This document shows positions 1 to 7,784 of a stretch of 64,000 nucleotides of DNA, in pieces. Location: positions 186,001 to 250,000 of the forward strand of contig CAZCME010000002.1 in the NCBI GenBank assembly GCA_964499705.1. Direction: 5' to 3'. The notes under the pieces were generated by a model, which was not told the DNA's origin, made no database searches, and worked only from the letters and a program-made list of their open reading frames with translations. Numbering within the stretch: the stretch's first letter is position 1; the number at the start of each line of letters is the position of its first letter. Both the position numbers and the translations under genes were made by a program. The DNA comes from an uncultured bacterium (GTDB lineage Bacteria; UBA8481).

Positions 1-3000
1 CAGTCGCTGCCCGGCGGATTCCATTTGGACTGACCGGTGATGTGTCGGCCCAGAACACGCCAGGTGTTTCGGAGCATCATGGTCTCGAATTCCGAGTTGT
101 GATGGCCGGTCGTGTTGAGTTCATCTCCGCGCAGGAAGAAGAAGACGTTGAAGACAGCGCGCATCTCATCATTCGAGATCTGGTTCGCTTTCGCTCTCAG
201 GGGATTGTAGATGTACACCGATGTAGACTTGAAGATGCCGCCCGCCGAATCCGTTCCCGAGGCGCCGATACCGGAGGTGTAGCTGGACGATGTGTCATTA
301 CCCGTTCCGACCGACAAGGCCGCGATGATTCTTCCGCGAAGGCCTGCGATCTCCTGGGAGTAAGTTCCGATCGTGCCATTACCGTCGTAGTCGGCTGCAG
401 CGGGGGGATTGTCCCCGATCAACTGTCCCGTCGTGCGGGAGATGCCCCACGTGGTTCCAAAGCCGTTCCCGGTGGAAGCTGAGGTTCTCACAGGGTTCGA
501 CGTATTCCCCGTGTAATTAGCGTCGTGGCAGACGCCGCAGGCGCGCAAATCGAGTTTCCAGCTATGCCCGACATCCTCCATTGTTGCGGTTCCGGTTGCA
601 GATACTCCATCCTTCTGGGAATACATGTGGCAGGTCACGCAGGTGAACCGCACGTTCGTCTTCATGAGCGGAGCGCTGTTTCTGGTTACCAGCCTGGGTT
701 GACCGTTCTCATAAACATACGCCTGGAAGCTCAGGAGCTGACCCCATGAGTCCGCATGCGCGCCGATTCGAGGCGTATCGATAACCGCCCCGAGGGCGTT
801 CGTGTCGACGCCGTAGAAAAGGGTGTCAAAACGGATGACCGCTTCGGAGAACGTATCCATGAATGTAGCGGGTTTGAGGTTGCCGCCGTCCCCCACGATC
901 CCGAAGAACGCAGACGTGGTCACGCCATAGTGCGGCACGCTCGTTGCCTGAATGGAATCCGAACCGCTCGTCTTGATGCCGGCGCCTGCGCCGTTCGAGA
1001 GAGGACTACGTGCATAGGCTTGATAAGCCGGGTTATGGCAGTGGACGCAGGTCGCGGCCTCATACGAAACTGGATATGGCATGGATTTGTTAGTCGTCAC
1101 GGAACCCGAAATAGTGGAGACATAAGACGAGTCGCCGAAGTAGCCATACTCAAAAGCTGTTGTGCCGTTGTACATCCTGAGCGCCTTGTTGGGCGCGGGG
1201 GTGGACATGTGCGGCAAATGGCACGCCTGGCAGGTTTGACCTTCCTGCGATTGTGCGGGCCGGACGGCGACGACGGTTCCGCCGGTTAAGTTCTGCCTGG
1301 TGTCGGTGTTCGTCAGATAAGTCTGAGCCCCTAAAGCTTCATGGCATCGCATGCAACTGGTTGTCCAGTTACGCGCGACAAGTTTCCCACCATGTCCTGT
1401 ATGACCGTTGAAGACATACGTTTCATTGTTCACCTGTGAAGGCAGGATGGCGTCGAATCCGGTGCTTCTCCACTGAGCGCCATAACCGGCGCCATGGCAG
1501 GCCATGCATCGGGTCGGCTTCACGAGCGCGGTTGCTCCTCCGGCCGCCAGCAACGTAATATTCTGCACCAATGTTGCCGGTGAGTCCGATCCTAGAGTTA
1601 TGGTCAACGTCGCCGACTCACGCCCGTCCTTCATCGCCGTAATCGTGTAGCGACCCGGTGAATCCAAAAGCAAGGAGTACTTGCCGTTCGGACCTGTAAC
1701 CGTGCCTCGCGTGGTATGGTCAACCGTCACCCAAGCACCCGCGGTGTCGTCCAGATTGACGGCGCCGGTAACGAAAATGGTTCCTTGGACGAGCGCCAGG
1801 CTACTATCCGGCACCCTGTGAAGCCGATTAAGGAGATAGGAGTCATATGCCTGAGCTGCGGCTAGTGCGGCTGCAGTGCCGTCGCCGAAGCTCGTGCCCA
1901 GCGTCGAACTCGGATTATGACACGCCGACTGGCACGAGTTGGGCATTGTCTCCGAAGCGCTGGCATTGTAGAAACGCCGCGTGTTGTGCGGCCGGATCGC
2001 GCGGAACGTATGCGAGCGCACGTCGTAGTTGACAGCCGACTTCGCTGTGTAAGGCATGTGGCATGAGATACAGCGCCCCGCGCCGGTTCCCGCGGGATCG
2101 TACGAAGTATGTGTGCTCGGCATGTGATCCAGAACCGCCGCAGCCGTGGCAAATGTCTGCTTGGCTGTTCCTCCGGGGCCGTGGCATGCGAGACACGCCG
2201 AGTTGTCGTCGGCGGAGAGTTTCAACTGCCGCTTATTCCCGACAGGGCCATGCACGTCATGGCACGATCCGCAGGTCACTTCAACCGCCGCTCCCGGAGC
2301 CGTGTGTGCCGACTGGTTGAAGTCGTTCGACTGCTGGTGGTGCTGTTTCGAGGTCTTGATCTCTGCGTAACGAGTGTCCCAATAATTAGCCTCGACGCCG
2401 CCCGTGTAGAACGAGGTCAAGGTGTCGCCGGGCCTGAAAGTACGCGAGCCGTTGTACCAGAACTCAAGTGAAAACGTGTCGCTGGAAACATTGTTGGTGT
2501 CCGAGGCCTGGCCGAAGAGCTTTGCGATCGAAAGACCGCGTGAATGGCACTGGCCGCAGACGTCGTTCTTGCGCGCCGCGGAGAGTCTTGACGGATTGAC
2601 GATATTCGGATTTGACGCGTCGCCGATGGCGCCGTTCGCCCAGACGTGCGCGGAGCCGGGACCATGGCACATCTCGCAGCCGATTCCCTTTTCGAGAAAG
2701 TCCGCGCGGTGCTGCATGATGCCGGATGTGGGGCTTGCCGAGTACTCGAGCTTCAGGATGCCGGTCACCGAGTGGCATCCGATGCATTTCCGTTCCCAGG
2801 AGTGCCGCTTGTAGACGCCGGTCTCGGCGTCGGCCCAAGCCGTCAAGATCGGGGTCTTGTCCGACTTGTAGACCCAGTCCGTCGCGTTGTACACCACCCA
2901 TTCGCTGTTGACGGTGTTGAACTGGACTGGCAGAACGTAGTGCGCGTCGCCGATCTTGGTGATGTATCGCTGCTTCCACTGATAACCCATGGAGTACACG

Positions 3001-3683
3001 ACAGGGTAGGCAATATTTCCGATCGTAATGAGATAGGTGTCGCCGGATTTCGAAAGCTTCGGAGCGTTTGCTCCGTAGGATGCCCAGGCCGTCGTGATCG
3101 CCAGGTCGTATCCTGCTTCGAACTGCGCCTTGGGAATCGCGAGAATGCCAGGGGAGTCGCCCGGCGAGGAGATGCCGAAGCGGTGAGGAGAATTGATCCA
3201 GCGCGTGTGCTGCGTGGAGTGGCAGAGCTTGCACTGGCTCGATCCGACGTAGGTCTTCTCGCCGGCGGGGAGCAATTCGGTGAACCGCAGCGAAACGCTT
3301 TCGTTTTCGCCCACGTTGACGCGCAAGCCTTCGGCGACCACGGTCTTGTAACCGTTAAAGGTTGCGTAGACGTTGTAGGTCTTGTCGCCGGCTACCGCCA
3401 GCGAGAAGTTTCCGCTCGCGTCGGTCGTCGTGGAATAGTCGCCGCGGTCGGTCGCGACGCGTACGCCGGCGAGGAGCGCCTGGCCCGAGGCCATACCGAG
3501 TCCTCCAGCCGTGCCCGCGGTTCCTGAGATAGTCGCATTGGTCGCGCCGAGGCTCGCGTTCGGAGAATCCGGCGCCTTGTCATTGCCGGAGACGCATGCC
3601 ACACCAGCCGCGAAAAACAGCAGCAGCGCCGCTATCGACTGCCCAACAACTTTCCTGTCAGGGTTGATCCTCAATGTGAACAT
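1..3683 (-). CDS. Large multiheme c-type cytochrome, probable surface lipoprotein (>1,227 aa; stop codon lies just outside the window)
   Basis: Hand translation from ATG 3683 (SD AAGGAGGTG) gives MFTLRINPDRKVVGQSIAALLLFFAAGVAC (lipobox-like). The frame is open to position 1. It has 13 CxxCH (CKLCH, CIGCH, CEMCH, CGQCH, CGSCH, CLACH, CISCH, CMACH, CMRCH, CQACH, CVHCH, CVTCH, CGVCH) plus CQSACH. Two carboxypeptidase-regulatory-like beta-sandwich segments (TTTDASGNFSL; TVTGPNGKYSL). Not in the ORF track. Confidence 0.9.
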   Translation of the reverse strand, partial: MFTLRINPDRKVVGQSIAALLLFFAAGVACVSGNDKAPDSPNASLGATNATISGTAGTAGGLGMASGQALLAGVRVATDRGDYSTTTDASGNFSLAVAGDKTYNVYATFNGYKTVVAEGLRVNVGENESVSLRFTELLPAGEKTYVGSSQCKLCHSTQHTRWINSPHRFGISSPGDSPGILAIPKAQFEAGYDLAITTAWASYGANAPKLSKSGDTYLITIGNIAYPVVYSMGYQWKQRYITKIGDAHYVLPVQFNTVNSEWVVYNATDWVYKSDKTPILTAWADAETGVYKRHSWERKCIGCHSVTGILKLEYSASPTSGIMQHRADFLEKGIGCEMCHGPGSAHVWANGAIGDASNPNIVNPSRLSAARKNDVCGQCHSRGLSIAKLFGQASDTNNVSSDTFSLEFWYNGSRTFRPGDTLTSFYTGGVEANYWDTRYAEIKTSKQHHQQSNDFNQSAHTAPGAAVEVTCGSCHDVHGPVGNKRQLKLSADDNSACLACHGPGGTAKQTFATAAAVLDHMPSTHTSYDPAGTGAGRCISCHMPYTAKSAVNYDVRSHTFRAIRPHNTRRFYNASASETMPNSCQSACHNPSSTLGTSFGDGTAAALAAAQAYDSYLLNRLHRVPDSSLALVQGTIFVTGAVNLDDTAGAWVTVDHTTRGTVTGPNGKYSLLLDSPGRYTITAMKDGRESATLTITLGSDSPATLVQNITLLAAGGATALVKPTRCMACHGAGYGAQWRSTGFDAILPSQVNNETYVFNGHTGHGGKLVARNWTTSCMRCHEALGAQTYLTNTDTRQNLTGGTVVAVRPAQSQEGQTCQACHLPHMSTPAPNKALRMYNGTTAFEYGYFGDSSYVSTISGSVTTNKSMPYPVSYEAATCVHCHNPAYQAYARSPLSNGAGAGIKTSGSDSIQATSVPHYGVTTSAFFGIVGDGGNLKPATFMDTFSEAVIRFDTLFYGVDTNALGAVIDTPRIGAHADSWGQLLSFQAYVYENGQPRLVTRNSAPLMKTNVRFTCVTCHMYSQKDGVSATGTATMEDVGHSWKLDLRACGVCHDANYTGNTSNPVRTSASTGNGFGTTWGISRTTGQLIGDNPPAAADYDGNGTIGTYSQEIAGLRGRIIAALSVGTGNDTSSSYTSGIGASGTDSAGGIFKSTSVYIYNPLRAKANQISNDEMRAVFNVFFFLRGDELNTTGHHNSEFETMMLRNTWRVLGRHITGQSKWNPPGSD

Positions 3684-3732
3684 ACGCCTCACCTCCTTAG
3701 GGTCCTTCGCGTCAAGATTCCGCTCGTGCTCG

Positions 3733-4770
3733 TCATTTCGCATGACATGTCTCGCAATTGTCGCCGTTGTCCGGATGATTCAGTCCCGCTCCGATGCCCC
3801 GATGGCAGGCGCGGCAGTCCGCTCCGCTTACGTGCGTGGCGTTGGTGGGCCAGGCCGGAGCGGATTTGTGTTGCGCGCTCGTGTGGCAGGTCGCGCAGTT
3901 GTTGTTCTGGAGCGGAAGATGGCAGCTGTTGCAGTGCGTCCATCGGTTGACGCCCTTCCAGATCGATGTGTGTGAAATGGGTTGCGTGCCCAGGTGGCAC
4001 GTGGAGCAGTAATTCTCCTTGTGGCACGTGAGGCACTTTTCGCGATCGGCCTGGGCGATGACGCCGTGGCCTCGCAGGCGGAAGTGCTGGTTGTGGTTCT
4101 GCGGCTTCGAAGTCCGGTGGCAGGAGAAACACGTCTCCTCGGTGTGGCAGGTCTTGCAGTCCTGCGATCCCGCCGATGCGACGCCGCCATGCCGCATCTT
4201 CCATCCCGTCGCGTGTGAAACCGGCTGGCCCTTCGCGTCCAGTTGCGAATGGCACGAGTTGCAGGAGAGGGGATAGGAGGCTTTCACGCCGTGACAGGCA
4301 TCGAGGCAAGTCGCCATCGCGGGCCGGCTCATCTTGCCGTTCGTCGCCGTGTGGCAGGTCGCGCAATCGAGACCTTCGTGCTTCGGATGCGAGAACGTCA
4401 GGCCGAAAGAACCGGGCAGGGGATGCCGCGACGCGAGAATCTCCTCCACGTCTTTCGGCGTCACAGTCTCCAGAGCTTCCGCATGGCAGGTCTTGCAGGT
4501 TTCGATGGTCGGGATCTCGCCGCCCTTCGTGTGGCAATCCGCGCAGGCGATCCCGAGCTTGGCATGGACTTCATGCTTGAACTCCAGCTTCGGAGCGCCT
4601 TCGTCGCGGCAGGAGGACGCGGAAGAGATCGCAATGCCGAAAATCAATATCGTCGCAAATTTCGCGATGAGAAGAAATTCACCACGAAATACACGAAACA
4701 CACGAAAGGAATTCAAGAATATATTTCGTGTGCTTCGTGTGCTTCGTGGTGAAAAGAAATTAAAAATCAT
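3733..4770 (-). CDS. Multiheme cytochrome c (12 CxxCH + 1 CxxxCH); periplasmic or lipoprotein, MtrA-like position in a porin-cytochrome complex
   Basis: 13 heme motifs in about 290 aa, c3/c7-type HxxH-CxxCH units, hydrophobic signal ending ASSC. Start codon uncertain. Confidence 0.88.
   Translation of the reverse strand: MIFNFFSPRSTRSTRNIFLNSFRVFRVFRGEFLLIAKFATILIFGIAISSASSCRDEGAPKLEFKHEVHAKLGIACADCHTKGGEIPTIETCKTCHAEALETVTPKDVEEILASRHPLPGSFGLTFSHPKHEGLDCATCHTATNGKMSRPAMATCLDACHGVKASYPLSCNSCHSQLDAKGQPVSHATGWKMRHGGVASAGSQDCKTCHTEETCFSCHRTSKPQNHNQHFRLRGHGVIAQADREKCLTCHKENYCSTCHLGTQPISHTSIWKGVNRWTHCNSCHLPLQNNNCATCHTSAQHKSAPAWPTNATHVSGADCRACHRGIGAGLNHPDNGDNCETCHAK
4678..4753. repeat. Inverted repeat built from 9-nt tandem units (CACGAAAnA x3 / TTCGTG x3), inside the cytochrome N-terminus
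   Basis: ttcaccacgaaatacacgaaacacacgaaa ... tttcgtgtgcttcgtgtgcttcgtggtgaa; arms of about 30 bp. Confidence 0.9.
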
Positions 4771-6199
4771 ATCGAAAACCCAGCCTTCCGAAGTGGTGCA
4801 ACCGCTGATCGTCGTGCTCCGCGTCGTATCGGGCGTCGATTCTCAGCGAGTCCGTTGTCTTCCAGGTCAGGCGTGCGGTCGCGAGCCTGACATCGTCGCG
4901 GACGGTGTTGGAGATGTAGTCGTAGGAGAAGATGGCGAACGTCGTTCCGACGGATCCGGTCAGGCGTGGTGTGAGCTCCAGAGACAACTCGCCGGATGCG
5001 GTTCGGGTCCAGTCCGTCGGAGTTTCGTAGGCTTCTCCGGTGACCGAGGCGTCGGCTTTTCTGCCAAGGAACTGGAAATCGGAGAGCATCGCGGTCGCGA
5101 AATACCGGTCGAACGTGATGTTGTTCTGGTCCACGGGCCCCGGCATCCTTCGCGCGGTCGCTCCGACGTCGAACGAGAGCTGGCTCGAGAGGGGGAAGTA
5201 CACATCCGCGCCGTACTCGTGCCACGCGCGTCGAGTCGCGCCGATGGATCGGCCCATGACGAGGGATGCCGCGTCCAGTTCCGTCGCGTGCGGTCCGCGT
5301 TCTCCGGACTGGCCGCGGTAATCGAGGCGGAGCTGCATATTCCGGGGAAGCATGATGGTGAGCCGGGCACGACCGTCGATCTCCGTGTCGTCGATGAGGC
5401 GCGCGGATCCGTGGAAGAAGACGGAATCATGAAGAGGCGCGGCCAGCGTCGCGCGGAAGACGTCGTCATTCCGTGTGAATCCGAAGCGGGTTTTCTCGCT
5501 GACGTGATAGGCTTCGAGGCCGAGCCGGGCTTTCTGAATGGGAATCGAGACCCCGCCGCCCGCGAGCCAGTCGCCGCTGGCGCTCTCGAAGAGGCGAACC
5601 GGCACGCCGCCGAAAAAGTTGAACGAAATGGGCCGCTCCGGCCATCCCTGGCCTCCCGCGGCACTTCCCCCATCCCTGGGGGTCGGGCTCCCGAACATCG
5701 CGCTGCCGTTACCGCGCGATTTGATGGCGCCCGAGAGCTCCATTCCGTCGAACCAGAGGAAGTCTCCGTCGGTGTGATACTGCCTGCCGAGACGGAGCTT
5801 GGTAAGCCGAACCTGGCCCGTTGTCTGGTCCAGCAGCCGCTCCGCGACCGCCTTGTAAAGCCACGGCTGGATGTTGTCCTTGTAGGTTTCCTGGATGCCG
5901 TTGTAGATTCCCGGCTCCTCGGCCGGCCGCCGGCCGTCGATGTCGAAGAGCGTGCGCGCGGAGAGCGCGAAGGCCCAGGTGTCGCGATCGGTCTCGCCGT
6001 AACGGAGATCGAGATCGGTCGTGACATCCTGGTCCTGCCGGACATTTGTCGATTGGTGCGCCGCTCTCACGTCGATGTAGCTGGTGAATGTGCCGTGAAA
6101 CTTGGACTTGTTGTTCTCCGCGGCGACTGTGCTATTCATCACACCGAGGATGAGGAGAGCGAGCGCCGCGCGGGCAGCGCGCCGCGCGGTCGCTCGCAT
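4760..6199 (-). CDS. Outer-membrane beta-barrel protein (porin of a porin-cytochrome conduit)
   Basis: Start at ATG 6199 (MRATARRAARAALALLILG... signal peptide). Alternating amphipathic beta strands, C-terminal GFRYDF Bam-type signature, flanked by multiheme cytochromes. Confidence 0.8.
   Translation of the reverse strand: MRATARRAARAALALLILGVMNSTVAAENNKSKFHGTFTSYIDVRAAHQSTNVRQDQDVTTDLDLRYGETDRDTWAFALSARTLFDIDGRRPAEEPGIYNGIQETYKDNIQPWLYKAVAERLLDQTTGQVRLTKLRLGRQYHTDGDFLWFDGMELSGAIKSRGNGSAMFGSPTPRDGGSAAGGQGWPERPISFNFFGGVPVRLFESASGDWLAGGGVSIPIQKARLGLEAYHVSEKTRFGFTRNDDVFRATLAAPLHDSVFFHGSARLIDDTEIDGRARLTIMLPRNMQLRLDYRGQSGERGPHATELDAASLVMGRSIGATRRAWHEYGADVYFPLSSQLSFDVGATARRMPGPVDQNNITFDRYFATAMLSDFQFLGRKADASVTGEAYETPTDWTRTASGELSLELTPRLTGSVGTTFAIFSYDYISNTVRDDVRLATARLTWKTTDSLRIDARYDAEHDDQRLHHFGRLGFRYDF
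5631..5686. repeat. Twin-hairpin GGA-loop element in frame within the porin gene
   Basis: Minus strand reads CCCCCA-GGGA-TGGGGG and GGCCA-GGGA-TGGCC; encodes PTPRDGGSAAGGQGWPERP. Confidence 0.6.
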
Positions 6200-6204
6200 C
6201 GTCC

Positions 6205-6795
6205 TTACTTTTCGCTTCCGGCTCGGGCCGCGGCGGCCTTGTCCGGCACGTGCGGCGAATGGCATCCACGGCAATCCTGGATGTGCTTGTTGATCGTGGA
6301 TTTCCTGACGGCGGGATCCTTCTGCGAGATCGGAAGCGCGACGTGTGCTCCGCCCGGCCCATGGCAGGTTTCGCATTGAACGCCCAGAAGGTTCGGTGTC
6401 GCTTCCACGCTCGTGAATCCGCCGGGACGGCCGTAACCGGTCGTATGGCAGGCAACGCACTTTTCCTTGTCCGGAGCTTCCTTGATCCGCTCGTAGGCCT
6501 TCGCCATTCCTGTCGCGGCCCATGTCTTGTATTGAGTCAGATGGCACATCTTGCATTTTTCCGCGCCGACATAGGCGGGTGTCGTCTCCGCGGCCGGCGC
6601 GGCAGGTTCTTCCGCGTAAGCAGGGGAGGTGAAGAGGAGATAAACGCAGGCGGCCATCATGAGGGCCATGACAATGATGAGAATGCTGTCCCACGCGGCC
6701 GAGCGACACTCATCCGTCGTCGATCCGCCGTCGTAGCTTTCACTCGACGGATTGTAAAATGGAGTCACACTTCTCGGACTGAGCCTCATGATCAA
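6205..6795 (-). CDS. Small tetraheme cytochrome c (c554-like domain)
   Basis: YVGAEKCKMCH, CVACH, VQCETCHGPG, CRGCH; hydrophobic segment ending in an AYA cleavage site. Confidence 0.85.
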   Translation of the reverse strand: MIMRLSPRSVTPFYNPSSESYDGGSTTDECRSAAWDSILIIVMALMMAACVYLLFTSPAYAEEPAAPAAETTPAYVGAEKCKMCHLTQYKTWAATGMAKAYERIKEAPDKEKCVACHTTGYGRPGGFTSVEATPNLLGVQCETCHGPGGAHVALPISQKDPAVRKSTINKHIQDCRGCHSPHVPDKAAAARAGSEK

Positions 6796-7400
6796 CCTCC
6801 TTGCTCTTCCTTGCTGAGCTGTTCAACCGCTCGCTTGATGATCTCCGCATTGGGTGCATCCGGAGCCACCGCGAGATATCTTGTCCAGTAACTGACCGCG
6901 CGTTTCTTGTCGCCGAGATTGTGGAAGGCGAGCAGCCCGGCCCGATAAAGAGCCTCGCTGTCCTTCGGTTTCTCCACGAGCGCCTTTTCGAATGCCGCGA
7001 AGGCTTTCTCGGACTCGGCGGACTTCGCGAGCGCGATGCCGGCTTCCACGAGCTGCTTCGCGTCCGTGGAAAGCATGACCGCCTGGGAAAGGCGTTCGAC
7101 GCCCTGCTGCGGATTGCCCATGTCGAGATCGCACGCGCCGAGAGCGATGAGCGCTTCGATATCCTTCGGATTCTTCGCAAGGCGCGCTTCAAGCTCGGGG
7201 CGCTCCTTCGCGCAATCCATTCCGCACGCGTCGCCTTCAGCGGGCATGCCGTGAGCTTCATCCTGAGGTGCTGGTTGCGACGCGGGGGAGGCAACGACCG
7301 GGGCCGCGCCGGCTTCTGTCTTCGGAATCAACTGCCCTGCTCCGACTCCAAGAACGAATCCGACGACTACTCCGACTGCGATATATTTCCTGTTGTTCAT
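6792..7400 (-). CDS. Membrane-anchored TPR protein (CcmI/NrfG-like)
   Basis: N-terminal TM; TPR repeats (LAKNPKDIEALIALG...; EKPKDSEALYRAG...); next to ccmF/H. Confidence 0.75.
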   Translation of the reverse strand: MNNRKYIAVGVVVGFVLGVGAGQLIPKTEAGAAPVVASPASQPAPQDEAHGMPAEGDACGMDCAKERPELEARLAKNPKDIEALIALGACDLDMGNPQQGVERLSQAVMLSTDAKQLVEAGIALAKSAESEKAFAAFEKALVEKPKDSEALYRAGLLAFHNLGDKKRAVSYWTRYLAVAPDAPNAEIIKRAVEQLSKEEQGG

Positions 7401-7431
7401 ATCACATCACCTTTTCTCTTGTGAATTTATG

Positions 7432-7448
7432 AGCAAGAACCGTTCCCA
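7432..7448 (-). promoter_or_regulatory. Sigma54 (-24/-12) promoter for the TPR-cytochrome-porin genes
   Basis: Minus strand TGGGAACGGTTCTTGCT = GG-N10-GC; predicted TSS about 7421, 21 nt before the ATG. Confidence 0.7.
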
Positions 7449-7488
7449 CGATTAACTCACTCATTTCCAGACGATTTCAAACTGCGAT

Positions 7489-7536
7489 TTCCATATGATG
7501 AAAAATGCGACGACTGATGCTTCTCACACATGGGAA
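7489..7536. promoter_or_regulatory. Candidate paired enhancer (UAS) sites
   Basis: TTCCAT-N4-TGAAAA (7489-7504) and TTCTCA-N4-TGGGAA (7521-7536), centres 32 bp apart. Confidence 0.5.
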
Positions 7537-7784
7537 GCACCATTCGCATTTTTCAACGTTCGTGCGGCATCGATCACAAGCTCGTCGCGGATCTTGCGAT
7601 ACGCCTCTTCAGGGATTTTTCCCGCCGCGAATTCCAGGTCGAGATCCTCGATCTGAAATAGGATGGTGTTCTCCGTCCGTTCCGCTTTTGGAGCCGATGT
7701 CGAGGGCGCGGTCAGATCGGACAGAACGGGCCAGATCGCGTAGAGAAGGCCCGCGGCGGCCAATACGGCAAAGAGGAATGTCAT
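7524..7784 (-). CDS. Small CcmI N-terminal-like membrane protein
   Basis: TM followed by ILFQIEDLDLEFAAGKIPEEAYRKIRDEL, a pattern typical of CcmI N-termini; overlaps the ccmF-H stop. Confidence 0.7.
   Translation of the reverse strand: MTFLFAVLAAAGLLYAIWPVLSDLTAPSTSAPKAERTENTILFQIEDLDLEFAAGKIPEEAYRKIRDELVIDAARTLKNANGASHV

Noticed and set aside
4334-6379. 681-aa plus-strand ORF, and similar long ORFs at 19527-21860, 47340-49757 and 55299-57995
   Set aside because: Antisense shadows of well-supported genes in GC-rich DNA, with no motifs of their own
6200-6709. N-terminal extension of the porin ORF as given in the track
   Set aside because: Overlaps the tetraheme gene in another frame; the signal peptide starts at ATG 6199
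1-7400. Stop-codon recoding or frameshifting in the cytochrome genes
   Set aside because: All frames read through without internal stops, so no recoding is needed
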